A DNA stretch of 61,653 nucleotides, filler included. It is 7 parts of 7 records of this genome, joined end to end, with 100 filler letters (N's around TTAATTAATTAA, not from the genome) between each part and the next. Parts side by side here need not be neighbours in the genome. Positions count along the whole stretch, not along the records: positions 8,683 to 17,044 come from SRR31156797_4542; positions 17,145 to 25,271 come from SRR31156797_4550; 5 more parts are not named here. One strand, given 5' to 3'. Below, piece by piece: positions 9,136 to 19,884 of the stretch. The translations under genes were made by a program, and so were the position numbers. Within the stretch, counting starts at the first letter, position 1, and each line of letters starts with the position of its first letter. The notes beneath the pieces were generated by a model that saw nothing but the letters and a program-made list of their open reading frames with translations, was not told where the DNA came from and did no database searches.

Positions 9136-11019
9136 CTAATTTTCAAAAATTAATTTCAAATTAAAATATTTGTCTCTTGACAAGGCCTCACCCCATCTAT
9201 CATTAAAAAGATTAACTTCTGTTTGATTTTGTTCTTTTCTGTTCAAGCTAATGTTTTCATAATGATAAAGAATAGAGTATCCGGTATAAATAATCGATTT
9301 TGATAATTCCTTTCTAAGTCTTAAGCAAAAATCAATATCATTGAAGTCTACTGAAAAGGTTTCATCAAATCCGGATATTTTATCAAAATCGGCCCGTCTG
9401 AATATCATACAAGCCGCGGTAGTTGCGAAAACTTCCCTTATGGTATTGGTATAGGTAAAAAATCTACCATCATTTCCGGCATGTTTATAAAAAAGATGAG
9501 ATGGCTGATGGTTTAAAAGCCCTAAACCGGCATGCTGTATGGAACCGTCCGGGTATAAAAGTTTGGCTCCGGCAATGCCAACTTCATCATTTTGTGCCAG
9601 TTCGAGTAAATTTTCTATCCATTCCGGAGTAATGACTTTGATATCGTTATTTAAGGTAATTATAAACTTACCATTAGAGTATTTGTTTATTGCCAGATTG
9701 TTTATTTTTGAAAAATTGAACGGTATATTTTCCTCAAAAAAATGAATCCTTTCATCAAGCTTGGCAAGTTGCTCCATGGCTTCAAATGTTTCAAGCTTTT
9801 CACTATTATTACTGATGGAAATTATTTCAAAATTGGGATATGTTGATTTTTCGATAATTGATTTAATGCAATCTATCAAAAATTGCGGTTGATCTTTGAA
9901 TGGAATTATAATGGAAATTAAGGGCTCTTCCTTAAGCTTCCTCCTAATACGGTAAACGAATGGGCTGGAATCGGTATATAACACGTCACCGCTGATTTTT
10001 CGTCTGGAGAGGGCATTTTCCAGGGCTTTTTTACCCGCTGCCGAAGCATATGGTTTTCCTTCAATGTCTGTGGCCGTAGAACCGGGAATTTTTCTCCAAT
10101 GATAAAGCACTTTTTCTATATGCTGAATGTTATCCGTTATTTCCAGGATTTTCAGGAATAAATCGTAATCTTGGGCACCCTCTAAACCTCGGGTAAATCC
10201 ATTAACCCTATGGATAAGTTCCGTTTTGATTACGGTAAAATGACAAATATAGTTGTGATTTAAAAATAAAAGCGGACAGAAGTCAGGTTTATAATGTGGC
10301 TCGCAAAATTCATTATTTTCATTAATTTTATCTTCATCCGAATATAGGAATTCCGCATTTTTTTCGTTTATACATTTTACTACCTCGTATAAGGCATCCG
10401 CTGTAAGTTCATCATCATTATCCAAAAACCCGATATAATCGCCTGTGGCCATTGCGATAGCTTTATTTGATGCATCAGAAATATTCACATTCTGATTAAG
10501 ATACTTTATCTTTATCCTTGAATCATTATCAATAGATTTTAAATATGAAATAGTTTCCAAATTTGTGCTGCAATCGTCACAAATACACAGTTCCCAATTT
10601 TGATACCATTGATTTTTAACGGACGCTACTGCCAATTCCAACCATTTCGGATTAACGTTATACACAGGCATAACAATGGAAATTAACGGATTGCTATAAA
10701 AATTTTTAATGTTTACAAGAATAGTTTCATTTATTAATGGTACATTAAAATTATATTTTGGTTTATCTAAATTAGATACAGTATTAAAACGACAAGATAT
10801 GTTTTTAAATATATATCTATAAAATATAGTGAACAAATTTTGTATGGTTTCAATATTTTTTTGAGAAAAAATACTTTTTATTCCATAATTAATACCCTTT
10901 CTTAAAATGTTATTAATTTTAAGTGTAAGACTGTTTTCAGGTATTTTCGATTCTAAAGGTTTTTTTGTAACTTCTAAATTTGGAATTTCGTTTTCCTTCA
11001 TTTTTAAACCTAAAGCCAT
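9136..11019 (-). CDS. Glycosyltransferase family 2 with two GT2 domains
   Basis: ISIVMPVYN...DDCS...FLDNDD, YSDEDK; second domain ISIIIPFKD...LNNDI...FNDIDFCLR. Visibly more AT-rich than its neighbours. Confidence 0.93.
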   Translation of the reverse strand: MALGLKMKENEIPNLEVTKKPLESKIPENSLTLKINNILRKGINYGIKSIFSQKNIETIQNLFTIFYRYIFKNISCRFNTVSNLDKPKYNFNVPLINETILVNIKNFYSNPLISIVMPVYNVNPKWLELAVASVKNQWYQNWELCICDDCSTNLETISYLKSIDNDSRIKIKYLNQNVNISDASNKAIAMATGDYIGFLDNDDELTADALYEVVKCINEKNAEFLYSDEDKINENNEFCEPHYKPDFCPLLFLNHNYICHFTVIKTELIHRVNGFTRGLEGAQDYDLFLKILEITDNIQHIEKVLYHWRKIPGSTATDIEGKPYASAAGKKALENALSRRKISGDVLYTDSSPFVYRIRRKLKEEPLISIIIPFKDQPQFLIDCIKSIIEKSTYPNFEIISISNNSEKLETFEAMEQLAKLDERIHFFEENIPFNFSKINNLAINKYSNGKFIITLNNDIKVITPEWIENLLELAQNDEVGIAGAKLLYPDGSIQHAGLGLLNHQPSHLFYKHAGNDGRFFTYTNTIREVFATTAACMIFRRADFDKISGFDETFSVDFNDIDFCLRLRKELSKSIIYTGYSILYHYENISLNRKEQNQTEVNLFNDRWGEALSRDKYFNLKLIFEN

Positions 11020-11351
11020 AAAATGAGTTTTTGAATAATCATAAGTGTTTCACTTCCGTTCCATTAAAAACAATGGAAGCTTCCGTACGAATGGAGGACG
11101 GATATCTTAAACCTGGCACAATAAAGGGTGTAAAGTTTATTCTCTACACTCAGAACTTCCTCCCAATGGGTGGGCTGGGGTTTTAAATGGAGAAAGGCCG
11201 GTGTGCGGTTATACATATGCAACCCATTTGTATTGATGCTGCCTGAGAACCGGGAGGCTTTGAAAGCGGAGGATCCATAAGAGCAACGAACTGGCGGGTT
11301 GAGCAATCGGTGTTTTGTGGGATACCCGGAGAATCCGTTTCCATATCCATT

Positions 11352-12254
11352 TTACGGGTTTGACTCACCGGCCTCCCGAACCAGCCTGAATCCGGTTGTT
11401 TGATACCGGTTGGCAAAATGGCTGTAATTTCGGTTGGCACACCTGCAGCGGGAGCCGGTTCCATACCAACTCCCCCCCCTTCGCACTTTATCGGTTCCAG
11501 TTTCAATGGACGGCGTTTCACCTTGGGCTTGGGGCTTTACGGCAACATCCGGTTTGTAGGGACGGTACCAGTCCTCGCACCACTCCCATACATTCCCCTG
11601 CATGTCATAGAGTCCCATGGCGTTGGGGGCATAACTTTTTACGGGCGCGGGCTGATCCGCCGGCAATCCCTTTTTTTCAACGGCATTCACGCAATCAGCG
11701 CTTTTCAGGGTATTGTTGGCATACATGGCACTGTTGCAATCGATACTGTCCCCGATGCCGTAGACGGTTGTATTGCCGGCCCTGCATGCGTATTCCCATT
11801 CCGCCTCGGTGGGAAGGCGATAAACGCCGTCATTGCGGGCGTTCAGCTTTTTTATGAATTTAATGCAGTCCTGCCAGGAAACCCTTACCACCGGCATATT
11901 ATCAGATCCTTTTTTACGACCGAAAAAGGGTTTTCCCATAATGAGCCGCCATTGTTTGACCGTTACCTCGGTGGCCTGCAGATAAAAGGGGCGGCTGATC
12001 TTGGCTGTATGTTCCACTTCATCCCGTTCCCGTCCGGGCTCATCCGGCGGACTGCCCATGGTAAATGTTCCGGCCGGAATCAGAACAAATTCCATGCCCA
12101 GAGAATTGGTCAATGTTTTTTCAAGAGCCCATGATGTTACCATGGGTGAAAAGAGGGCCAAGAAAAGGACCATACAAAACAGTACGGGTGCTTTTTTGTC
12201 GGATTTCAATGTATTGAACAAAACGCCCCTCCTCATGTGTGGAAAAATTATCAT
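11352..12254 (-). CDS. FGE-sulfatase (SUMF1) domain protein, probably secreted; start may be further downstream
   Basis: LGMEFVLIPAGTFTMGS, RLPTEAEWEYACRAG, NAMGLYDMQGNVWEW, RGGSW, GFRL. Confidence 0.9.
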   Translation of the reverse strand: MIIFPHMRRGVLFNTLKSDKKAPVLFCMVLFLALFSPMVTSWALEKTLTNSLGMEFVLIPAGTFTMGSPPDEPGRERDEVEHTAKISRPFYLQATEVTVKQWRLIMGKPFFGRKKGSDNMPVVRVSWQDCIKFIKKLNARNDGVYRLPTEAEWEYACRAGNTTVYGIGDSIDCNSAMYANNTLKSADCVNAVEKKGLPADQPAPVKSYAPNAMGLYDMQGNVWEWCEDWYRPYKPDVAVKPQAQGETPSIETGTDKVRRGGSWYGTGSRCRCANRNYSHFANRYQTTGFRLVREAGESNP

Positions 12255-12324
12255 TTCTCAAAGGATATCAAAAAAAAAGGGGAAGGAAAAGAAAAAACCA
12301 GAAATAGCACTTTCCTAAGACTTT

Positions 12325-13095
12325 TCAGACGGCCCTTCCCATGGTCTGGAAGCATTTGAAAATTCCGGATCTGACAATTGCTGCTTTTTCGGGAATAATT
12401 TTTCCCGTTTCAGGGTCCACATAGAGGTCTTGATTAATTTCAATTTGAAGGGCCATTTTGCCATTTTGCGCCAAAGCGGGCCCATAATGGGTGACAATAA
12501 ATCCCCCCGCATAGGGAACATTGAGTGAAACGGAAAAACCGGCCCTTTGAAATACCTGTTTCATGAACTTCAAAAGAGCCGGCGTGCAGGACAATTCCCC
12601 CCTTATCCGGCTGTGTTCTCCGTCAGCCCCCCCATTGTTGCCCAGTATGATATCCTTTCGTTTTTTTCCCGCATCGGGGGCTTCCGGCGGACCGATGCCA
12701 TTAAGGGAATGACAGTCCAGAAGCCCTTTGATATGGTTTTTTGCAAGGGCCTCTTCCAGTTGGCGGTGATAGGGTTTGTAATATGTGGCAAGGCGTTGTG
12801 TAATCTCCCTTTCATCCGGAATGGCGTCAGCCTTGTAAACCGACCGGCCATGGTAGTCCACCAGGGGCACCGGCCCTTTGGCATCCCGATGGTGGAACGG
12901 CCGGTTTAAATCCACCACCAGCCGGCTCCATTCGGCGCATAAAATCTGATCAGCCGGCATGCTCCCGAAAATTTCCCGGGTCCCCAGATCGACGGCGTCA
13001 ACCATTTCCGCCCGGGTCAGCACCATGTGGGGTTGAATAGATTTTGGTATTTCCCCGGAGCAATGGGGCAGGGAGATGACAAACGGCAGTTTCAT
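12325..13095 (-). CDS. N-formylglutamate amidohydrolase family protein
   Basis: SLPHCSG, SRLVVDLNR, YYKPYH, LDCHS, DIILG, NVPYAGGFI, LQIEIN. Confidence 0.9.
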   Translation of the reverse strand: MKLPFVISLPHCSGEIPKSIQPHMVLTRAEMVDAVDLGTREIFGSMPADQILCAEWSRLVVDLNRPFHHRDAKGPVPLVDYHGRSVYKADAIPDEREITQRLATYYKPYHRQLEEALAKNHIKGLLDCHSLNGIGPPEAPDAGKKRKDIILGNNGGADGEHSRIRGELSCTPALLKFMKQVFQRAGFSVSLNVPYAGGFIVTHYGPALAQNGKMALQIEINQDLYVDPETGKIIPEKAAIVRSGIFKCFQTMGRAV

Positions 13096-13101
13096 GGTGT
13101 A

Positions 13102-14538
13102 TCACCTAACATGTTCGCGCACCCATTTGGCCGCCAGACGTGCCTGTGGAGATAAAGCCCCCTTCATATCCATCACCGGATAAGAGAAGAGAAGCCGGCA
13201 CAGCCTGCTGTGGGAATCCCAGCAAGGCGGTTCCTTCCCTGTGGTGAGCCTTGGGCCGTCCGACAGGATGAACTGGTTTTCGCTTTCCATGTGGCCATAT
13301 TCAAACGTTTCCCTTAAAAAACGAAACGCCCCGTTCATGGGTACATATTCGTAAAGGCCCGGTCTTAAAGGTACGTTACCCCATTTTTCAGCGCCCGCTG
13401 GCCGAAACAGTAACAAATGACTTCCCTGCACGGTTTTTGCGTAGCGCCTGTTTAATGCTTCCCGGTCTATCCCATACGGAATTCCAAGGAATTCCAGCAT
13501 ATGAAAGGCTTCCATGGGGACCGTGCCCCATTGAAGATGGAGCAGCGACAGCATGGGAAGAACGCCTGTCAGACGGGGGTTGATCTCAATGGGACAGGCT
13601 TTTCCCTCCGTTTCATGAACAATGAAATCGATGCCCAGGATCCCTTTGTACCCAAGGGTTCCCAGAAAGTCGCCGATTCGACACGCTTGTTCAAAAGCCG
13701 ACTCGCGAGCGGCCTCGGACCAGGGGGAAGCACCCCAGGCATGGCCGCAGAAGACACCGTCTTCAACGAAATCCCCACAGCAGGAAAGATCCAGCAACTG
13801 TCGTTGTAATGAAGATACCAGCGTGCCATGACGGGTCACACATACCACCATGCTTGCCGGTATCCCCTCCAAAAATTTGTGAATGGAAACCGATATCAAA
13901 GATGTATCCCGCCACCTGTTTTCCGAAAGCCGGTGTTGAAGTTGATGGTAATCTTCCATTCCACGGATAAAAAATGTCCCCCTGCCGCCGCCCCGTTCGA
14001 TTTCAGGAAGCTGAATCACAAAATCGGGCCCCAACAAACGGCACCATTCTTCATACCCCTTCTCATGGATGACCCCCATGGGATGAATATCTCCAGGCAC
14101 TTGATGGAGGCCCAGGTCAGCGACCATTTTTTTGAAAAACCGTCTTTTTCCAACGGTCAGGCGAAGTTTCGGTGGATTGGCCAGGAGGTTCCATCCGTTG
14201 TTCCCGGCAACCGACCGCAATTCAGGATAATCCTGGTATAAAAGAAGATGTTTTGGATGTGAAATGGTATCCAGAAAACGCCTGGTCCGAGGATGGGCCA
14301 GAAGACCCGCGGAGTTCTGCACGGGTGAAGGTGTTGGTGTTTCCTCTTCAAGACAGAAAACGTTTGCTTTCTTCCGCAGGAGCGGAAGGTCTCCAGTCTT
14401 GTGGAGGGCAAGGATGTGGTAGTCCCCCAAAAAAAAAGCGGGCAGGATTCGAGAAAAAGCGGTCATCCCCACCCCCACGAATGTGCCGGGCAAAGATTCA
14501 AAAAGGGTTTTTACCTGTTGAATGTCATGGATAAACAT
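13102..14538 (-). CDS. ATP-grasp domain protein (putative amide/peptide ligase)
   Basis: GGGRGTFFI loop, KFLEG, GILGIDFIV and EINPRLTG ATP-grasp C-terminal motifs. Confidence 0.8.
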   Translation of the reverse strand: MFIHDIQQVKTLFESLPGTFVGVGMTAFSRILPAFFLGDYHILALHKTGDLPLLRKKANVFCLEEETPTPSPVQNSAGLLAHPRTRRFLDTISHPKHLLLYQDYPELRSVAGNNGWNLLANPPKLRLTVGKRRFFKKMVADLGLHQVPGDIHPMGVIHEKGYEEWCRLLGPDFVIQLPEIERGGGRGTFFIRGMEDYHQLQHRLSENRWRDTSLISVSIHKFLEGIPASMVVCVTRHGTLVSSLQRQLLDLSCCGDFVEDGVFCGHAWGASPWSEAARESAFEQACRIGDFLGTLGYKGILGIDFIVHETEGKACPIEINPRLTGVLPMLSLLHLQWGTVPMEAFHMLEFLGIPYGIDREALNRRYAKTVQGSHLLLFRPAGAEKWGNVPLRPGLYEYVPMNGAFRFLRETFEYGHMESENQFILSDGPRLTTGKEPPCWDSHSRLCRLLFSYPVMDMKGALSPQARLAAKWVREHVR

Positions 14539-14569
14539 GGGTTTTCGGATAAAAACGGGGAAAGGTATC

Positions 14570-15559
14570 TTACGACTGACTTAGAAAACAGGCCACATGG
14601 TGCTGATTTCCCATATTCTCCAGAATGGGCTTTTCCAGATTACACCGGCTTTCCTGCGCCAGGGAGCATCTGGGGAAAAAGTTACACCCCATATCCCCGG
14701 TACCCTCACGTTCCCGGGTCAAAAGGGTCCCATACCGCTTCCGGTCACCGCTATGTCCGAATTTGGGAAGTGCATCAATGAGCGCTTTTGTATAAGGATG
14801 TCTGGGATTCCGGATAACCTGGTCGGACCGGCCCACTTCCATGAGGCGGCCCCGGTACATGACGGCAATTCGATCACACAGATAGCGGGCCGCGGCAAGA
14901 GAGTGCGTAATGAAAAGCTGCGTGACCCCCAGTTCGTCCCGCATCTTCAAAAGGATATTGAATATCTGGGCGGAAATGGAAGCATCCAGCATGGAGGTGG
15001 GTTCATCCGCAATGACAAACTCCGGGTCCAATACCATGGCCCGTGCAATGGCCACCCGCTGTCGCTGTCCACCGCTGAGGCGATGGGGATAGCGATAGAG
15101 AAAATCATCGGGCGGCGACAGGCCCACCGAACTGAGAGCTTCCCGAACACGATCTTTTCTGCTGTTGGCATGACCCAATCGATGAATGATCAAAGGTTCG
15201 GCAACCGTATCCAGTATGGACCGTTGCGGGTTGAGGGATTGGTAAGGGTCCTGAAATATCATCTGGGCTTTACTTCGAAATTTCTTGAGGCGTTTTCCCT
15301 TCAACCCGGTAACGGATTTGCCATCCAAAAGGATTTCACCAAAATCGGTCTCTTCCAGGCTCACAATCAAGCGGCCCGCCGTTGTTTTTCCGCTGCCGCT
15401 TTCCCCCACCAGCCCAAAAATTTCACCCTTGTTGATCTCAAGGGATATGCGGTCCAAGGCCACCACATCCTTGCCGCTGCCGGCAAACAGACCTGCCTTG
15501 GCTTTGTAGATTTTGCTCACGTCCTTGATTTGGAGGACCGGTTTACCGTTTGTATCCAT
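14570..15559 (-). CDS. Oligopeptide/dipeptide ABC transporter ATPase (OppF/DppF-like)
   Basis: GESGSGKTT, LSGGQRQR, ADEPTS, PRHPYT, C-terminal Cys motif. Confidence 0.95.
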   Translation of the reverse strand: MDTNGKPVLQIKDVSKIYKAKAGLFAGSGKDVVALDRISLEINKGEIFGLVGESGSGKTTAGRLIVSLEETDFGEILLDGKSVTGLKGKRLKKFRSKAQMIFQDPYQSLNPQRSILDTVAEPLIIHRLGHANSRKDRVREALSSVGLSPPDDFLYRYPHRLSGGQRQRVAIARAMVLDPEFVIADEPTSMLDASISAQIFNILLKMRDELGVTQLFITHSLAAARYLCDRIAVMYRGRLMEVGRSDQVIRNPRHPYTKALIDALPKFGHSGDRKRYGTLLTREREGTGDMGCNFFPRCSLAQESRCNLEKPILENMGNQHHVACFLSQS

Positions 15560-15592
15560 GCTGACCTCTGGTGAAATCCCTTTGTCTTTACG

Positions 15593-16543
15593 CTAGCATT
15601 GGCAACAAAGCGCTTTGTGCCCGGGCCCTATTTGAACCCATTTGGGCGCCACTGAGCAGGTTAAGGAAGCTACGGGGCAACGTTCGCCGAACCGACACCC
15701 TGAAGGCGGGCGGATCAGGTTGGGGGTTTCTCCCGGGATCGGTGTCAGATCATTCTTTTCGCCGGTAATGGTCGGAAATGACGACAGCAATGCTTTGGTA
15801 TAGGGATGCACGGGGGAATCAAAAACAGCCTCCCTGGGACCGCATTCCACCATCTGACCGGCATACATCACCGCGATATCCTGGCACATATCCGCCACAA
15901 TGGAAATGTCGTGGGAGATAAAGATAACGCCGATATTGAACTCTTCCTGGAGTTTTTTGACTTCCGCCAGAATCTGATCCTGAACAATGACGTCCAGTGC
16001 GGTGGTGGGTTCATCCGCAATGATGAGTTTGGGTTTGCAGGCCAGGGCCATGGCAATAATGGCCCGCTGTTTCATGCCGCCGCTGTATTGGTGGGGATAG
16101 CCTCGAAGGCGATCCCGGGGGATTCCCACCAGGTCGAAAAGTTCTTCCACCTGGTGTAGGGCCGCATCCTTTTCCCTTTCGGGGTTATGCACCAGGATGG
16201 CCTCCGCGATCTGCTCCCCCACACGCTGCACCGGGTTCATGGCATTCATGGCGGCCTGAAAAATCATGGCAATCCGGCTCCACCGGGTATTTCTTCTTTC
16301 AGCTTCCGTCATTTTGAGAAGATCCTGCCCCTCAAAAAGGATACGCCCGTCTCCGATAGCACCATTGGGGGGCAGCAATCCCATGAGCGACATGCCGATG
16401 GTGGTTTTTCCACACCCCGACTCCCCTACAAAACCTAATGAACGGCCTTCATCCAGGGAAAAGGATACCCCTTCCACGGCCTTGAGATACCCTTGTTTGG
16501 TTCGATACCCGATGCTTAAATTGTCAACTTCAAGTAGGGCCAT
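15593..16543 (-). CDS. Oligopeptide/dipeptide ABC transporter ATPase (OppD/DppD-like)
   Basis: [39 protein letters not shown]. Confidence 0.95.
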   Translation of the reverse strand: MALLEVDNLSIGYRTKQGYLKAVEGVSFSLDEGRSLGFVGESGCGKTTIGMSLMGLLPPNGAIGDGRILFEGQDLLKMTEAERRNTRWSRIAMIFQAAMNAMNPVQRVGEQIAEAILVHNPEREKDAALHQVEELFDLVGIPRDRLRGYPHQYSGGMKQRAIIAMALACKPKLIIADEPTTALDVIVQDQILAEVKKLQEEFNIGVIFISHDISIVADMCQDIAVMYAGQMVECGPREAVFDSPVHPYTKALLSSFPTITGEKNDLTPIPGETPNLIRPPSGCRFGERCPVASLTCSVAPKWVQIGPGHKALCCQC

Positions 16544-17044
16544 TTAATCTGTCTGGTCCTCCTTTCGTAGTCTCGGATCCAACACTTCATCCATGGCCCG
16601 GCCCAGCATATAAAAGGAGAGGGTAATCAATGAAATGCAAATCCCCGGTGGAAGAAGCCAGTAAGGCGCTTTGAACATATACCCGGTTTTCCAGACCCAC
16701 TGGAGCATCATCCCCCAACTGACGGTTCCCGGATCACCGAACCCCAGAAAAGCCAGGGACGCCTCTATAATGATGGCGGAGGTCACACGAAATGTCATGA
16801 ACAGAAATGCCAGGGGCAACACATTGGGCATGATATGCCTGAAAATAATCCGGGCATGGGATGCACCCGCCATTTTGGCCGCTTCGATAAAGGGGCGTTG
16901 CTTGAGGGAGAGGGTCTGGCCGCGGATCATTCGGGAAACCCCCGGCCACCGGAACAGGGCGATGATCAGCACAATGGTCCAGATATTGAGCTGACCGAAA
17001 ACGGAAGAGATGATCAACACGAACAGCAAGGTGGGCATGACCAT
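16544..17044 (-). CDS. Oligopeptide ABC permease (OppC-like), 5'-truncated
   Basis: EAA loop [30 protein letters not shown]. Confidence 0.93.
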   Translation of the reverse strand: MVMPTLLFVLIISSVFGQLNIWTIVLIIALFRWPGVSRMIRGQTLSLKQRPFIEAAKMAGASHARIIFRHIMPNVLPLAFLFMTFRVTSAIIIEASLAFLGFGDPGTVSWGMMLQWVWKTGYMFKAPYWLLPPGICISLITLSFYMLGRAMDEVLDPRLRKEDQTD

Positions 17045-17144
17045 NNNNNNNNNNNNNNNNNNNNNNNNNNNNNNNNNNNNNNNNNNNNTTAATTAATTAA
17101 NNNNNNNNNNNNNNNNNNNNNNNNNNNNNNNNNNNNNNNNNNNN
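17045..17144. other. Artificial contig spacer
   Basis: N-run + TTAATTAATTAA + N-run. Confidence 0.99.
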
Positions 17145-17169
17145 GTTACGCTTCGCTAACCCAACCTAC
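17145..17169 (-). repeat. GTAG-type REP element (partial, at contig edge)
   Basis: Reverse complement GTAGGTTGGGTTAGCGAAGCGTAAC; same family as the 19885-19957 doublet. Confidence 0.75.
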
Positions 17170-17369
17170 AAGACTATCTCCCGGCGACGGCTCTTAATAC
17201 GTAGGGGGGCGGCGCCTCGCGCCCTTGCAACAATCCCCAACAGTATTCCCTAACCCCCTTATCTCTGGTAAAATCTTAAACAGGCTGTTCCCAAAAAGTT
17301 ATTTATAATCCTCTTAATCGGGCTTCTTTTATTAACAGCCGTTAATAAACTTTATCTAGGAGGCGGCCG

Positions 17370-19826
17370 ATGAAACTCAGAACCATTGTGACCCTCCTGT
17401 CGATAATGGTTATCCTGTCAACCGCTATCGGAGTATTTTACTATTACTATTCCATCCGTGAATCCGCATATGCCGTGGCCTACAGGCGGGCCGTCAATCA
17501 GACCGAAAGACTCAAAAACCAGATATCAACTTTCCTGACCGCTAACATGAAGCCGGTCCGGGCGTTGGCCGGACTAAAGGAAATAAAAAGGGCGGCCGAA
17601 GAACCCGATAGTGACAACCTGGCCGAAGCCAATGTTATCCTGGATCATTTCAAACGCACACTGGATGTTGACGTCTGTTATCTAATGGACGGCAGGGGCA
17701 TTACCATTGCTTCAAGCAACCGCTTTGATAAAGACAGCTTTATCGGTCAGGATTTCGGTTTCAGGCCTTACTTCAAAAATGCCATGGAAGGACGCCCCTA
17801 TAAATATATGGCCCTGGGAACCATGTCCAAAAAAAGAGGCGCCTATTACAGTCACCCTGTTTACGGCATCGATATAAGCGCTCCTGTTGCCGTGGTTGTA
17901 ATCAAGGCGACCATAAGCGCAATAGAAGAGGGCGCATTTAAAACAGCCGAAGGCATTACCATGCTTACAGGACCGGGGGGAGTTATTTTCAGTTCCAACC
18001 GGTCCGAACTTGTGCTCAAAACAATTAAAGAACTGTCCCTGGACGGTATGAACCGCCTGGCTGCTTCGCGGCAGTTCGGAGAAGGGCCGTGGCAGTGGTC
18101 GGGACTAAGGTTATTGGACGGCAACATGACCATGGACGCATCAGGCGCCGAATACACCATGTTTTCCCAACCCATTGACAATTTCTCCAATTGGCATGTG
18201 GTCCGCCTGCTCAGTATTAACGAAATTTCCGAAAGCGTGCTTCAACCCCTGGTCAGGACCACAAGCTGGATTGTCCTGACCCTTTTTCTTTTGGCCGGGG
18301 TGTCGGTTTATTACTTGTATCGCAAGGCGGACAGGGAAATAGCTCTGCGCATTATCGCGGAAGAGCACTTGCGAGAAAGCGAGGAACGCTACCGTCTTAT
18401 TTATCACAAGACGCCGGCCATGCTTCACTCCATAGATCCGGACGGGCGGATACTCAGGGTCAGCGACTACTGGTGCGAAGCCATGGGCTATGAACCTGGT
18501 GAAGTCATAGGGCGGAAGCTCACGGATTTCTTAACCGATGATTCGCGAAAGAAAGCTGAAGATGAAGCTTTGCCGACATTTTTCGCCAAAGGGTATTGCG
18601 AGGATGTTGCTTACCAGTTCGTCAAGAAAAACGGCCAGGTAATTGATGTTTTATTATCGGCAATTTCAGAAAAAGATTCCTTTGGGGCAATCACCAGGTC
18701 TCTGGCGGTCGTGGTCGACATAACCGAGCGTAAAAAGGCGGAAGAGCAGCTCCGCCAGGCCAAGGAACAGCTTAGCAATTATTCGAAAGACCTCGAACGC
18801 CAGGTTCGGGAGAGAACCAGGGAAGTGACCGGATTTTTGAATTACACTCCGGCCATTGTCTATATGAAGGACACCAGGGGCAGGTATATCCTGGTCAATC
18901 CCCGTCACGAACATCTTTTCGGAATTAAAAATGATCAAATAAAGGGGAAGACGGTTTACGATATCTTTCCCGAGGAGACGGCCGACAATATACGGCGCAA
19001 TGATTTAAGAGTATTGGAAGACAAAAAGCCTTACCAGGCTGAAGAAGAGATACCGCATGGCGGGGTGATGCATAATTATCTTTCCGTCCGTTTTCCCATC
19101 CTGGATGAAATGGGCGAAGTTGACAGACTTTGCGGCATTTCGGTCGACATAACCGACCTTAAGAAAGCCAGGGACAAGCTGCGCCGGCTTTCCGGCAGCA
19201 TAATATCCAACCAGGAAAAAGAAAGAACCGCCATTGCCCGTGAACTTCACGACGAACTGGGGCAGGTGCTGACCGCCTTGCGAATGGACGTGGTGTGGTT
19301 GAAAGAACGATTGGAAAAAAACGATCCCGCCGGAGCGGCCAGGGCCCTGACCATGTGCGATATCATCGACAGCACCATCACGGAAGTCGGCGGCATTGCC
19401 CGCCGGTTGAGGCCCGCGGTGCTGGACGACCTCGGCCTGATAGAGGCCTTGGAATGGCATGCCTCGGATTTTGAAAAAAGAACAGGCATTGTCAGCGTTT
19501 TCAAATCGGTCGACGTGCCTGTTGTTAATGCGGTCACCGCCATTACCGTGTACCGCGTGGCACAGGAAGCACTGACCAATGCCGCCCGTCATTCCGGCGC
19601 CGATCACGTGTATATGAACCTGAGCGCCGAAAACGGCTTGCTGGTTCTCAGCGTTGTTGACGACGGGCGAGGTTTCGATCAGGATGAGAATGCGGACCAG
19701 GAAGGCTTCGGACTCTCGGGCATGCGTGAGCGCGCCTACCTGGTCGGTGGAGATCTTGATATTAAAACAGGGTCCGGCAAAGGAACCGAAGTCCGGTTGA
19801 GCGTGCCTATGGAAAAAAGAGAGTAG
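17370..19826 (+). CDS. Membrane sensor histidine kinase: DctB-like Cache, two PAS, HisKA_3, HATPase
   Basis: Two TM helices, FGFRPYF Cache motif, PAS ends VVDITERK and SVDITDLK, ERTAIARELHDELGQ, QEALTNAARH, DDGRG; RBS AGGAGG. Confidence 0.93.
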   Translation: MKLRTIVTLLSIMVILSTAIGVFYYYYSIRESAYAVAYRRAVNQTERLKNQISTFLTANMKPVRALAGLKEIKRAAEEPDSDNLAEANVILDHFKRTLDVDVCYLMDGRGITIASSNRFDKDSFIGQDFGFRPYFKNAMEGRPYKYMALGTMSKKRGAYYSHPVYGIDISAPVAVVVIKATISAIEEGAFKTAEGITMLTGPGGVIFSSNRSELVLKTIKELSLDGMNRLAASRQFGEGPWQWSGLRLLDGNMTMDASGAEYTMFSQPIDNFSNWHVVRLLSINEISESVLQPLVRTTSWIVLTLFLLAGVSVYYLYRKADREIALRIIAEEHLRESEERYRLIYHKTPAMLHSIDPDGRILRVSDYWCEAMGYEPGEVIGRKLTDFLTDDSRKKAEDEALPTFFAKGYCEDVAYQFVKKNGQVIDVLLSAISEKDSFGAITRSLAVVVDITERKKAEEQLRQAKEQLSNYSKDLERQVRERTREVTGFLNYTPAIVYMKDTRGRYILVNPRHEHLFGIKNDQIKGKTVYDIFPEETADNIRRNDLRVLEDKKPYQAEEEIPHGGVMHNYLSVRFPILDEMGEVDRLCGISVDITDLKKARDKLRRLSGSIISNQEKERTAIARELHDELGQVLTALRMDVVWLKERLEKNDPAGAARALTMCDIIDSTITEVGGIARRLRPAVLDDLGLIEALEWHASDFEKRTGIVSVFKSVDVPVVNAVTAITVYRVAQEALTNAARHSGADHVYMNLSAENGLLVLSVVDDGRGFDQDENADQEGFGLSGMRERAYLVGGDLDIKTGSGKGTEVRLSVPMEKRE

Positions 19827-19884
19827 AGAAGCTATATCTGCTGTATTGTCCTAAAAGTAATTTGCAAAAATGGACGAACTGTAT

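Noticed and set aside
11352..12254. FGE-domain protein as the maturase for the sulfatase at 48018-49529
   Set aside because: Different contigs and apparently different organisms; it also lacks the RGGS(F/Y)LC...YC catalytic motif of true formylglycine-generating enzymes.
14597..15574. 325-aa plus-strand ORF
   Set aside because: Typical antisense frame of an ABC ATPase.
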